Origin: Candidatus Omnitrophota bacterium
GTDB taxonomy: Bacteria > Omnitrophota > Gorgyraeia > Zapsychrales > Aceulaceae
Assembly: GCA_028693815.1 (NCBI GenBank)
Contig: JAQUUP010000004.1
Location: forward strand, 29,683 to 93,682
Direction of reading: 5' to 3'
Length of the DNA stretch: 64,000 nt
Both the position numbers and the translations under genes were made by a program. This document shows, piece by piece, positions 28,293 to 37,400 of the stretch. Position 1 is the first letter of the stretch; each line of letters opens with the position of its first letter. The notes below the pieces were generated by a model, which was given only the letters and a program-made list of their open reading frames with translations, did not search any database and was not told the DNA's origin.

Positions 28293-29453
28293 ATGCTTGT
28301 AAAAACGATTGTACATATTGATATGGATGCTTTTTTTGCATCTGTTGAACAGGCTGATAATCCTGCATTAAAGGGTAAGCCGGTTGTCATCGGAGCAGAC
28401 CCGAAGCATGGCAAAGGCCGTGGCGTTGTTTCGACATGTTCTTATGAAGCAAGAAAGTTTGGCATTCATTCGGCGATGCCGATATCAGCGGCATATCAAA
28501 AGTGTCCTCATGCGATATTCTTGCCGGGTCGAATGTCTCGTTATCGCGAGATTTCAGATCATGTTTTTAGAATCCTTTATGATTTTACTCCAGACATTGA
28601 GCCGATTAGTATCGACGAAGCTTTCCTGGATATTACAGGAACACGTCGTTTGCACGGAACGGCTGTAAAGACATGTTTAAAAATAAAAGAACGGATTAAT
28701 AAAGAGACAGGCTTGACCGCCTCTGTTGGCATTGCTCCTATAAAGATGGCAGCAAAGATTGCCTCAGATCTTTGCAAGCCTGATGGCATTCTTGAGATTA
28801 AAAAAGATAAGATGTTAGATTTTTTGTGGCCACTTCCCATTGAAAAATTGTGGGGCGTAGGACCTAAAACAAAAATATATCTAAATAAACTTGGCATTCA
28901 AACAATTAAGGATTTAGCCAAGCATTCCAGGCAAGAGCTTTGTCAGAAACTTGGTGAGTCTGGAGATCATTTTTATTATTTGGCAAACGGCATTGATCCG
29001 CGCGGTGTTGAGTTGGAAGGAGAGACAAAGTCTGTTAGTCATGAGCATACTTTTGAAATTGACACGAAAGACAAAGAAGTTTTATATAAAATATTATTAT
29101 ATTTAAGTGAAAAAGTTTCTCGTCGTTTAAGACTTGAGGGGCTGAAAGGGAAGACGGTTACAATCAAAGTACGATATGAAGGCTTTCAAACATATACGCG
29201 TGCAGCGACGCTTGGTTTTTCAACGAATTTTGTTGATAACATTTATCAAAAAGCAAAAGAGTTGTTTGAGGGATTTTATTCTGCATCAAATAAAGTGCGC
29301 TTAATTGGCGTTAAGGTTTCTAATTTTAAGAATTTGTATGTTCAAGAGAATTTGTTTGAGGATCAGACGGATAAGAAAAAAGAGTGTATTCATAAGGCGG
29401 TTGATTCTATTAAGGATAAATATGGCGAGAAGTCTATTCATCGAGCAGCATAA
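28293..29453 (+). CDS. dinB: DNA polymerase IV (Y-family)
   Basis: The N-terminus starts IVHIDMDAFFASVEQ and the length is typical of DinB. The start is taken at the ATG at 28293 rather than the 28164 start used in the ORF track. Confidence 0.9.
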   Translation: MLVKTIVHIDMDAFFASVEQADNPALKGKPVVIGADPKHGKGRGVVSTCSYEARKFGIHSAMPISAAYQKCPHAIFLPGRMSRYREISDHVFRILYDFTPDIEPISIDEAFLDITGTRRLHGTAVKTCLKIKERINKETGLTASVGIAPIKMAAKIASDLCKPDGILEIKKDKMLDFLWPLPIEKLWGVGPKTKIYLNKLGIQTIKDLAKHSRQELCQKLGESGDHFYYLANGIDPRGVELEGETKSVSHEHTFEIDTKDKEVLYKILLYLSEKVSRRLRLEGLKGKTVTIKVRYEGFQTYTRAATLGFSTNFVDNIYQKAKELFEGFYSASNKVRLIGVKVSNFKNLYVQENLFEDQTDKKKECIHKAVDSIKDKYGEKSIHRAA

Positions 29454-29456
29454 AAA

Positions 29457-29879
29457 ATGCTTTACAGAAATGGTGAGTTTAAGGATACTATATACCATAT
29501 GAAAAATATTGTTATTCATATAGGGGATTTAGAAATTCGGGCTAAATTAAACGGTTCTCAAACTGCGGGTCTTATTTGGGATAGTCTTCCGATTAAATCG
29601 TTTACAAGTCTCTGGGGCGAGGAAATTTATTTTCAGATACCGGTCAAATGTGATTTGGAGGAAGGTTTTTCGTCAGAGGCAGCGGAAATAGGAGATTTGG
29701 GATATTGGCCTGAGGGAGATTGTTTTTGTATATTTTTTGGCCCTACGCCAATTAGCAAACCAGGAGAGATTCGTCCGGCAAGCAATGTTAATATTGTTGG
29801 AAAGATTGAAGCTGATTGGCAGGTTTTAAAGTCTGTTGGTGAGAATGAGACCGTTCTCATTGAAGAAGATGGTCAATAA
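29457..29879 (+). CDS. cyclophilin-like-fold protein (DUF3830-like)
   Basis: The sequence GDLGYWPEGDCFCIFFGPTPIS...RPAS matches the DUF3830 core. The start may instead be the ATG at 29499. Confidence 0.65.
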   Translation: MLYRNGEFKDTIYHMKNIVIHIGDLEIRAKLNGSQTAGLIWDSLPIKSFTSLWGEEIYFQIPVKCDLEEGFSSEAAEIGDLGYWPEGDCFCIFFGPTPISKPGEIRPASNVNIVGKIEADWQVLKSVGENETVLIEEDGQ

Positions 29880-29910
29880 ATAAAGTTTCAAAATTTAAAG
29901 TTTTAATATT

Positions 29911-29998
29911 CCGACACGTTGCACGTGTGGGATAAATTCGTGCGGCTGGCTTGACGTTGCCTTAAGGGCTTCCGTAAGCCAGGCATTCATTTAAGGAG
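29911..29998 (+). repeat. structured hairpin element copy A, directly abutting the rmuC RBS
   Basis: A short hairpin ACACGT-TGC-ACGTGT is followed by TAAATTCG, a long imperfect hairpin (GGCTGGCTTGACG...CGTAAGCCAGGC) and TCATTTAAGGAG. The AGGAG lies 7 nt before the ATG. Confidence 0.6.
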
Positions 29999-30003
29999 TA
30001 TTT

Positions 30004-31092
30004 ATGCAAATTTCTGTATGGGTTTTAATCGGGTCTGTTGCCGCTATTGTTGTTTCATTTGTTGTGTCGATTCTTATATTAAAGGAAATCGTTCGTAAAG
30101 AAGTGCGTCAGGAATTTGATTTTTCAAGAGGGCAACTTCAGGAAAAGTCAGAGACAGAAATGGAAATTAAGAAACAAGCTGTTGAAAGCTCTGTCAAAGA
30201 TTTAAAAGAATCGATTGATAAGTATGCCCAGATGGTGCATCGTTTCGAAAAAGATCGTGATGAAAAATATGGAAGCCTTGCTAATGAGCTTAAGAATACT
30301 TCGCAGGCAACCGTTCGATTGCAGGAAACGACAAGTCAATTAACAAATGTTTTGGGGAATAACCAAAAGCGTGGCGAGTGGGGTGAACGAATGGCAGAGG
30401 ACATTATCCAGCTCTGCGGACTTCGCGAAGGGGTTAATTATAAAAAACAAGCTAAAATTGATTCTTCTGGAACTAAGCCAGATTATACCTTTTTGCTTCC
30501 TAATAAGCATAAAATTAATATGGATGTAAAGTTTCCTCTGAGCAATTATCAGCAGATGGTCAACGCTGAAGATGTTAATCAAAAAGATATGCATAAAAAG
30601 CAATTTTTGTCTGACGTTAAACAGCGGCTTAAGGAGATTCAGAATCGATCATATATTAATCCTGCAGAAGGAACGCTTGATTTTGTGTTGGTTTTTATTC
30701 CTAATGAGCAAGTTTTTGGTTTTATTCAGGAGAATTTTCCAGGGTTGGTGGATGAGGCATTAAAGCAAAAGGTTGTTTTATGCTCACCTTTTACTTTGTA
30801 TTCGATGCTTTCTGTTATTCGTCAGGCGTTTGAGAATTTTTATTATGAAAAAGCGACAAAAGAAATTATTCGTATGATTGATCTTTTTGTTAAGACATAC
30901 GCTACGTTCAAAGAACGCTTTGCGTCATTGGGCGATGCAATGAAAAAAACTGTTCATCTGTATGCGGATATCCGCGACAAAAGCTTTAAGAATTTAGATA
31001 CAAAGATTAATCGCATCGAAGATTTTAAAAAGGGAAAAATGTCCTCTTCAGAGGAACCTCTTATTATTGATGTCAAAGAAGAAGGTGAGTAG
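30004..31092 (+). CDS. rmuC: DNA recombination protein RmuC
   Basis: An N-terminal TM helix and coiled coil are followed by the RmuC core (GEWGERMAEDII...). Confidence 0.8.
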   Translation: MQISVWVLIGSVAAIVVSFVVSILILKEIVRKEVRQEFDFSRGQLQEKSETEMEIKKQAVESSVKDLKESIDKYAQMVHRFEKDRDEKYGSLANELKNTSQATVRLQETTSQLTNVLGNNQKRGEWGERMAEDIIQLCGLREGVNYKKQAKIDSSGTKPDYTFLLPNKHKINMDVKFPLSNYQQMVNAEDVNQKDMHKKQFLSDVKQRLKEIQNRSYINPAEGTLDFVLVFIPNEQVFGFIQENFPGLVDEALKQKVVLCSPFTLYSMLSVIRQAFENFYYEKATKEIIRMIDLFVKTYATFKERFASLGDAMKKTVHLYADIRDKSFKNLDTKINRIEDFKKGKMSSSEEPLIIDVKEEGE

Positions 31093-31094
31093 AA

Positions 31095-31802
31095 TTGTCT
31101 GTTGTTCGTTATTCTAAAATCTTTCCAAAGTCAGTGGTTGCTTTGACAACCGACCGAGGATGTGATTTTTTCTTTTCTAAAAGTACTCCCAACCTAACTC
31201 ATAAACAAAAGATGTTTTTCGTTCGACACAAAGTTAAAGGTGTTAATAATTTTTATAATATCCAACAAATCCATGGCAAACGTGTTATTCTTGCAAAAAA
31301 GAAAGATTTTAATAATCAAAAAAGTATTCCGAAAGCGGATGCTTTGGTAACAAACGAAAAAGGCGTTGTGCTAGCGGTCCGAACAGCGGATTGCATTCCT
31401 TTGTTTTTATTTGACCCTAAAAACAAGGCCCTTGGTTTAATTCATGGAGGCTGGCGATCGATTAAAAAAGAGATTGTCGCAGTGACCATAAAAATAATGA
31501 CGGTTAAATACAAAACAAGGTCAAAAGATCTCAAGGTTGCTTTTGGGCCATCGATTCGAGCTTGTTGCTTTGAAGTTGAAAAAAGCTTTTTGAAGAAATT
31601 CCCAACGTCGGCAGTAGAAAAGAATGGCAAATATTACGTTGATCTGGTTTCAGTTGCAAAAAAGCAGCTCAAAGGCCTAGGTGTTCAGCAAAAGAATATT
31701 TTTGATGTTAAAATATGCACGTGTTGCAACCATCAATTCTTTTCTTTTCGTCGGGGAGATACTTCTTCTGGAAGAATAGCTTCTGTAGCTGTGCTTACGT
31801 AA
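31095..31802 (+). CDS. PgeF/YfiH-family (Cu-oxidase_4, DUF152) protein
   Basis: It has the motif ADCIPLFLFDPKNKALGLIHGGWRS. It probably starts at the TTG at 31095. Confidence 0.75.
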   Translation: MSVVRYSKIFPKSVVALTTDRGCDFFFSKSTPNLTHKQKMFFVRHKVKGVNNFYNIQQIHGKRVILAKKKDFNNQKSIPKADALVTNEKGVVLAVRTADCIPLFLFDPKNKALGLIHGGWRSIKKEIVAVTIKIMTVKYKTRSKDLKVAFGPSIRACCFEVEKSFLKKFPTSAVEKNGKYYVDLVSVAKKQLKGLGVQQKNIFDVKICTCCNHQFFSFRRGDTSSGRIASVAVLT

Positions 31803-31891
31803 GGTTAATTTTGGTAATAAACCGTTTGTAAAACAATCGCTTTAAGATAGAATAAGTCACAGATAGAATTATTAATGATTAGGTTTTGGAA

Positions 31892-32206
31892 ATGAATATC
31901 GTTATTTTAATTACGGCAAAGAATCAGAGAGAAGCAAAAAAGATTTCTAGTAAACTTCTAGAAAAAAAGCTTGTGGCTTGTTGTAACATCATTAAAGGTG
32001 TTCAGTCGTTTTTTTGGTGGAAGGGTAAGATCGATTCGGCTAGCGAGGTCATGCTGGTTTTAAAAACAAAAAAGAGTCTTTTTTTAAAAATTGTTAGTAC
32101 GGTTAAAAAACTTCATAGTTATGAAACGCCTGAGATTATTGCTTTGCCAATTGTTGCAGGTGATAAGAGTTATTTAAAATGGATCAATGCGTCTGTAGAC
32201 GTATAA
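31892..32206 (+). CDS. cutA: divalent-cation tolerance protein CutA
   Basis: It is about 105 aa with the CutA1 pattern (VACCNIIKGVQSFFWWKGKI...YETPEIIALPI). Confidence 0.8.
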   Translation: MNIVILITAKNQREAKKISSKLLEKKLVACCNIIKGVQSFFWWKGKIDSASEVMLVLKTKKSLFLKIVSTVKKLHSYETPEIIALPIVAGDKSYLKWINASVDV

Positions 32207-32220
32207 AACGGGAGAAAGAA

Positions 32221-32718
32221 ATGAAAACATTTGGACGTATTTTTATTGTTTGTGCTTTAATTGTTTTTGCATTTAGTTTTTCAAATGTGTCAGGACAGTT
32301 TTTTGGTCTTCAGAATCCTCTCGTAGGGGAGCCGGCACCTGATTTTAGACTTTCAACTCTTAGCAAAGATTCTGTTAGTTTTTCTGAGTATCGCAATGGA
32401 GGAAGAGCGATTGTATTTTTTTGGGCAACATGGTGTCCTCATTGTCGAACAGCGCTAAGAGATTTGAGTCTTAAAAAAGATATGATTGAGCAAAAACAAA
32501 TTAAAATTGCTCTTGTTGATGTTGGAGAAAGTGGTGCTAAGGTTGAATCTTATCTTAGAAAAAATAACATTAATCTTGATGTTTTTTTAGATAAAGATTC
32601 TTCTGTTGCAGAGGCGTATGCTGTTTCGGGAGTTCCAAGTTTTTATTATGTTGATTCCGACGGTACGGTGACTGCCGTTAATCATGGTTTGCCGCAGGAT
32701 CTTGAAAGTCTTTTTTAA
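32221..32718 (+). CDS. periplasmic TlpA/ResA-like thiol-disulfide oxidoreductase
   Basis: A signal peptide and the thioredoxin active site WATWCPHC are present. Confidence 0.8.
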   Translation: MKTFGRIFIVCALIVFAFSFSNVSGQFFGLQNPLVGEPAPDFRLSTLSKDSVSFSEYRNGGRAIVFFWATWCPHCRTALRDLSLKKDMIEQKQIKIALVDVGESGAKVESYLRKNNINLDVFLDKDSSVAEAYAVSGVPSFYYVDSDGTVTAVNHGLPQDLESLF

Positions 32719-32722
32719 AGAT

Positions 32723-34219
32723 TTAAGAATTAGTCTTTTTTTGTTCTTCTTTGAGTTTCTTGATATTATCAATAAGATTTGATTTTTGTCTTAGCTGATC
32801 TAAGAAGTTTTTAAATGCCGTATTCTTTTTTTCTTCAAGCAATTGTGTTTTTAATTCTTCCTTCTTTTCTTCAAACGCATTTTCGTCAATCGGGACAAAT
32901 GCATTCAAGTAAACAATGCAATATCCAGTGCTTATTTCTGTTGGATCGCTGAGGCGATTTCCTGCGGTTAGTGCAAAAGCGGCTTTGTGAAAGTTTTGCG
33001 CAGTTCCAATACCAGGGAGGTATTGTCCTCGAGTAAAAGGGGCTGGTTTTTCAGCTTTTAGTTCAAGCTGTTTTGCCGCGACATCAAAAGTTTGATTAGA
33101 CTTATCTTCAAATGATTTTTTTATTTTCTCTAAAACATCTTCAGATTTCTTTTTTGCTAATTCTTTAGATTTGTCATACGCCAGAGCTTCTTTGACTTTG
33201 TCTTTTACTTGATCAAGCTCAGGAACATAGGGTTCTTTTTGTTCTTTAAGTTTTAAGACATAGAATCCTTTGGATGTTTTGATAGGGCCGGCAATCGATT
33301 CTGGTTTTATGCTCAGGGCCTCTTGAAAGATTTCTAGTGGCCAGCCGAGATTAAGATTTGGGTTTTCTTGACTAAAGAATCCGCTTTCCTGAACTTTAAG
33401 ATCATATTTCTTTGCTAAATCTAGAAAGTCGATATTGTCGCTGTTAAGATCTAGGGTAAGATTGTCAGCTTGACTCTCGATATTTATTTTTTGTTCATCT
33501 GTTGCATCCTTCGGGTATTCAAGCGCTAAATACTCAACATTGATCATAGGAGGAGTTTTAAAATTATTTTGATGTGCTTGATAATAAGAGGCAATTTCTT
33601 CATCTGTTGATTGAACATTCTTTTGATATTCCAAGAATGGAATTAGAACATAAGAAATATCGATTTTCTCATTTTGATTCTTGTAAGCTTCAAGCGCTTC
33701 CTCATCCGATACAGTCATAAGGTCTGTTTCTTGCTCGTAAATTTTTGTAAATACAAGAGAGCCTCGAATTCCTTCTTCAAAATCACGAGGGCTACATTTA
33801 AAGACATATTGAACAATTTGATTGTATAGAGCTGGATCAAATTTTCCATCTCTTTTAAAAAATCCGAGATTAGCAATAGTTTTGATTACTTCATTGTTCG
33901 CGATTTTAATTTTTCGTTTTTTTCCTTCGCGCAGAAGAATAAGTCTATCCCAAGCCTCAGATTCTAGATCAAGGAAATTTTTGATCTTAAAGAAATTTTC
34001 TCCATAACGCATAATGGCTTGATTTTGGACATGCATTAAAGCATCTTGAAAGTCTTCCATTGAGATCTTTTTTCCAGAAATCTCTCCTGCGTATCGAATA
34101 GAATTTGGCTGCATCAAAGAGGAAGAAATACCAAAGAAAACAAAGGACACCGTGATCATGACGGCCATAATCCATAAAAGTTTCTTGGCGACACCTTTTT
34201 TACGTAGAATTTTTAACAT
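32723..34219 (-). CDS. ppiD: periplasmic chaperone/peptidyl-prolyl isomerase PpiD-like
   Basis: An N-terminal anchor, a SurA-like N domain and a parvulin-like region (KTSKGFYVLKLKE) are present. Confidence 0.75.
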   Translation of the reverse strand: MLKILRKKGVAKKLLWIMAVMITVSFVFFGISSSLMQPNSIRYAGEISGKKISMEDFQDALMHVQNQAIMRYGENFFKIKNFLDLESEAWDRLILLREGKKRKIKIANNEVIKTIANLGFFKRDGKFDPALYNQIVQYVFKCSPRDFEEGIRGSLVFTKIYEQETDLMTVSDEEALEAYKNQNEKIDISYVLIPFLEYQKNVQSTDEEIASYYQAHQNNFKTPPMINVEYLALEYPKDATDEQKINIESQADNLTLDLNSDNIDFLDLAKKYDLKVQESGFFSQENPNLNLGWPLEIFQEALSIKPESIAGPIKTSKGFYVLKLKEQKEPYVPELDQVKDKVKEALAYDKSKELAKKKSEDVLEKIKKSFEDKSNQTFDVAAKQLELKAEKPAPFTRGQYLPGIGTAQNFHKAAFALTAGNRLSDPTEISTGYCIVYLNAFVPIDENAFEEKKEELKTQLLEEKKNTAFKNFLDQLRQKSNLIDNIKKLKEEQKKTNS

Positions 34220-34460
34220 AAATAACTCCGATTGTTTATTTTGTTCCTGTGAATCGCGCGATTTAGCGTAATAAGGCAGGATTTTTTAATTAATTTTCTT
34301 AAAATTATACAAAATTTTTAATAAGAATCAGTATAGCTTTAGGTAGTGCGTTTGGCAAGGGGTTTTCCGCTAAAAATGAGGCTATTAGCACGCCTGGGCG
34401 GTTCCTGGCAAAAGGTCTAAAATATGCTATACTTTAAAAAATTTCTACTTATATAAAGAT

Positions 34461-37400
34461 ATGAATAAAAATATATTAAAGAATAGACCTTTTTTAAGGG
34501 CGATTTCCCTATTTGTTATTTTGGCTTTTGGGGAGAGCGTGCTTATTCCTCAATATGTTCCTAAGGTTTTGGCGCAGAGTGCTTTAGGAGTTCCTTCTTC
34601 AGGTGCAGTTATTCATTTAAGTCAGCCATTTACGCCTGTTATTTTTAGGGGTTTAAAGGTTTTCCCAAAAGATCCCCTAAGATTTGATTTTATTGTTGAT
34701 CGTGCTGATTCTAAGCTTGAAAAGGAAGAATTTAAGTCTGAAACCGAAAAATTAATTCGTTACTTTTTGGCATCTTTGACAATTCCTGAAAAAGACCTTT
34801 GGGTTAATCTTTCTCCGTATGAGCAAGACCGCATTATTCCACGAAGTCTTGGAAAAACAGAGATGGGAAAAGATATGCTAGCTCAAGATTATTTGCTAAA
34901 GCAAATCACAGCTTCTTTGATTCACCCAGAGGGTGACACAGGCAAGAAGTTTTGGCAACGAGTTTATAGTCGGGCTTATCAAGAATATGGCACAACTGAA
35001 ATTCCTGTGGACACGTTTAACAAGGTTTGGATTATGCCTCAAAAGGCTGTTGTTTATGAATTTGGAGATCGGGCTTTTGTGCTTGAGAGCAAGCTAAAGG
35101 TAATGCTGGAAACAGACTATTTGGCAATGCAAGAAGATAGAAGGGAGAGGATGGAAGATAGAGGAGGTGTTCCGATTTTGACTGCTGGGTCGCAGTCAAA
35201 ACGGAATAAATTCGCGCAGGCTGACTTGACGTCGACTCAAAGTCTCCGTAAGTCAGGCGCTCATTTAAAAAGCAAGTTAGCCTCTGACATTATCCGCGAT
35301 ATTGTTATTCCCGAATTAGAAAGCGAAGTCAATTTTGGTGAGAATTTTGCGCAATTGCGCCAAATCTATCATTCCATGATTTTGGCAGCATGGTTTAAAA
35401 AGAAACTTAAAGGATCGATCCTCAATCAAGTTTATGCGGATCAGAACAAAATTAAAGGCGTTGATTTAGTTGAAGAGAATGTTTCGCAAGAAATTTATGA
35501 TCAATATTTACAAGCATTTAAAAAAGGTGTTTGTGATTTTATTAAAGTCGAACATGATCCATATACGAATAAGAATATTCCAAGAAAATATTTTTCCGGC
35601 GGTATCGAATGGGTGGCATCAAGTAATATTGAATATGTTACAAATATTTCGAGTCAGCCGCCTGTTTGGGTGTCGAGCTCAAGCCTTGAAGGTGTTGATT
35701 TGAATCTCAAGCCGGTTTTCGATGCTCCTGATCAAGAAGCAGGATCTAATATCGTAGATCTAATTTCGGCTTTAAGCTTAGCTGGATATCCTCAAAAAAA
35801 GAATCAACAAAGAAATATTGTTTTGATTGGTTCAATAGATAGTCTTGAAAGCGCAATCTTTCTTTCAAATAAGTTTCCAAAATCAATTATTTATGTTGTT
35901 GAGGAAGATGAACAGTTTTTTGAAGAGCTTAAAAAGCAGCTTAAAGAAGTTGATGACGATCAAAATACGACAGGCATTCAGTTGATCCATGCGCATCCTT
36001 CAGATGTTTCGGATTCTTTGGCTAACGAAATGATTGATTTGGTTTTGATGGACAGTCATGTTGATTATTATGGATACATACAAAATGAACTTCCTGATAT
36101 TTTAAAAGAAATTAAACGTATCCTAAAACCAAAGGGCATTTTTTGTGCTGATTCTATTTCTTATTTTAAAGAAGCAAAACAAGATCTTGAAGTTCTAGGG
36201 TTTTTTTATTCGCAGCCATCTGAAAAAAAATATAAGGATTGGATTTTGGTTGCTGAGAAAAAGATTTCTTCATCTGTCACCGATTCCGCGCAGTCTGTTA
36301 TCTCGGATCTTAAAAAGGACTTGGGTCAAGGACCGTGGGTTTTTTATGCGTTTGGCGAAGTTCCTCATATTTATTGGGATGATAATTTGGATATTGAATT
36401 TTTTAAGAAAAAACAACAAGATTTTCTTAGATCCGCAACGCAATTGTCAAAATCAATTCCTTTTGAATTTGATCTAATACAGAGAGGAAGACTAGATTCT
36501 TTTACTATTGAGCTTCTTAAGAATGCCTATGATGCCCTTTTAGCTGTTTGGGACAAGGAGCTGCCTCAAAAGAATATTGCTTTGAAAAACTATATTCCAC
36601 AAGTAATGTTTGATATGAGTATTGATGATGACTCTTTGATTATTTCGGTTTACGATAATGGAATCGGTGACACAGCAAGTCGAGAGATTTTTACAAAACA
36701 TAAGAATCAAAAAGCTAACGAAGGGAAACGTTATTGTTATCTTGGCGGCGGTGGCTGGGGATTAATAAAGGTGCAGTATATCAAAAGTCTTTATAAAGGG
36801 GATTTTTCCTTAACGCTTGGAAACCGATCTAGCCGTTTTACACATGCAAAGATTACTATTCCTTTATCTAAGCTTGTTATCAAAAACAATGAAAAATTAG
36901 ATAAGCTAAGCTCCTTTTTTATAAAATCTGACTCTGCGCAAGCGAAAGGCAACAAGATTTCTTCGCCTACAACCGACCCCGCGCAGGTGGTCTCAAGCGG
37001 AATCCTTTTACCGGTTGACATCGAAAAAGAAAAACAGGGTTTTATTTCAGATTGGAATAAGTATTATCAGGATGGACTTGGCGCTGAAAAAATGAAGCTG
37101 ATGGTGGAAAAATCTAAAGGGGTCATGTCGATTTATGATTTTATAAAGATATGGATGGTAAAAAGCAAAAAGACGCTCGGAGGATATTCCTTGGGTATCA
37201 ATGAAGAATCTTATTTTGGATTTTGCGATTTGGCTGGACTCACAAATCATTATGAAGGCTATAAAGAGATGGAAATAACGTTTTTTGGGAATCCAGATCA
37301 CAGGTATATCCAAAAAATTTCAGCCACAGGAAAACCAATCGTTTTCTTTATTCCTAAAAACATTTTTACCTATTCAGACAATTATGCACAGCATACAAAA

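Noticed and set aside
29911-29998. Hairpin repeat family as integron attC sites
   Set aside because: They resemble attC in having conserved ends with a variable self-complementary core. However they lack the RYYYAAC / GTTRRRY core sites, and there is no intI nearby.
31793-31804. Perfect palindrome CTTACGTAAG overlapping the stop codon of the PgeF-like gene
   Set aside because: It is a single 10-bp palindrome with no flanking conserved ends of the repeat family. It is most likely coincidental.
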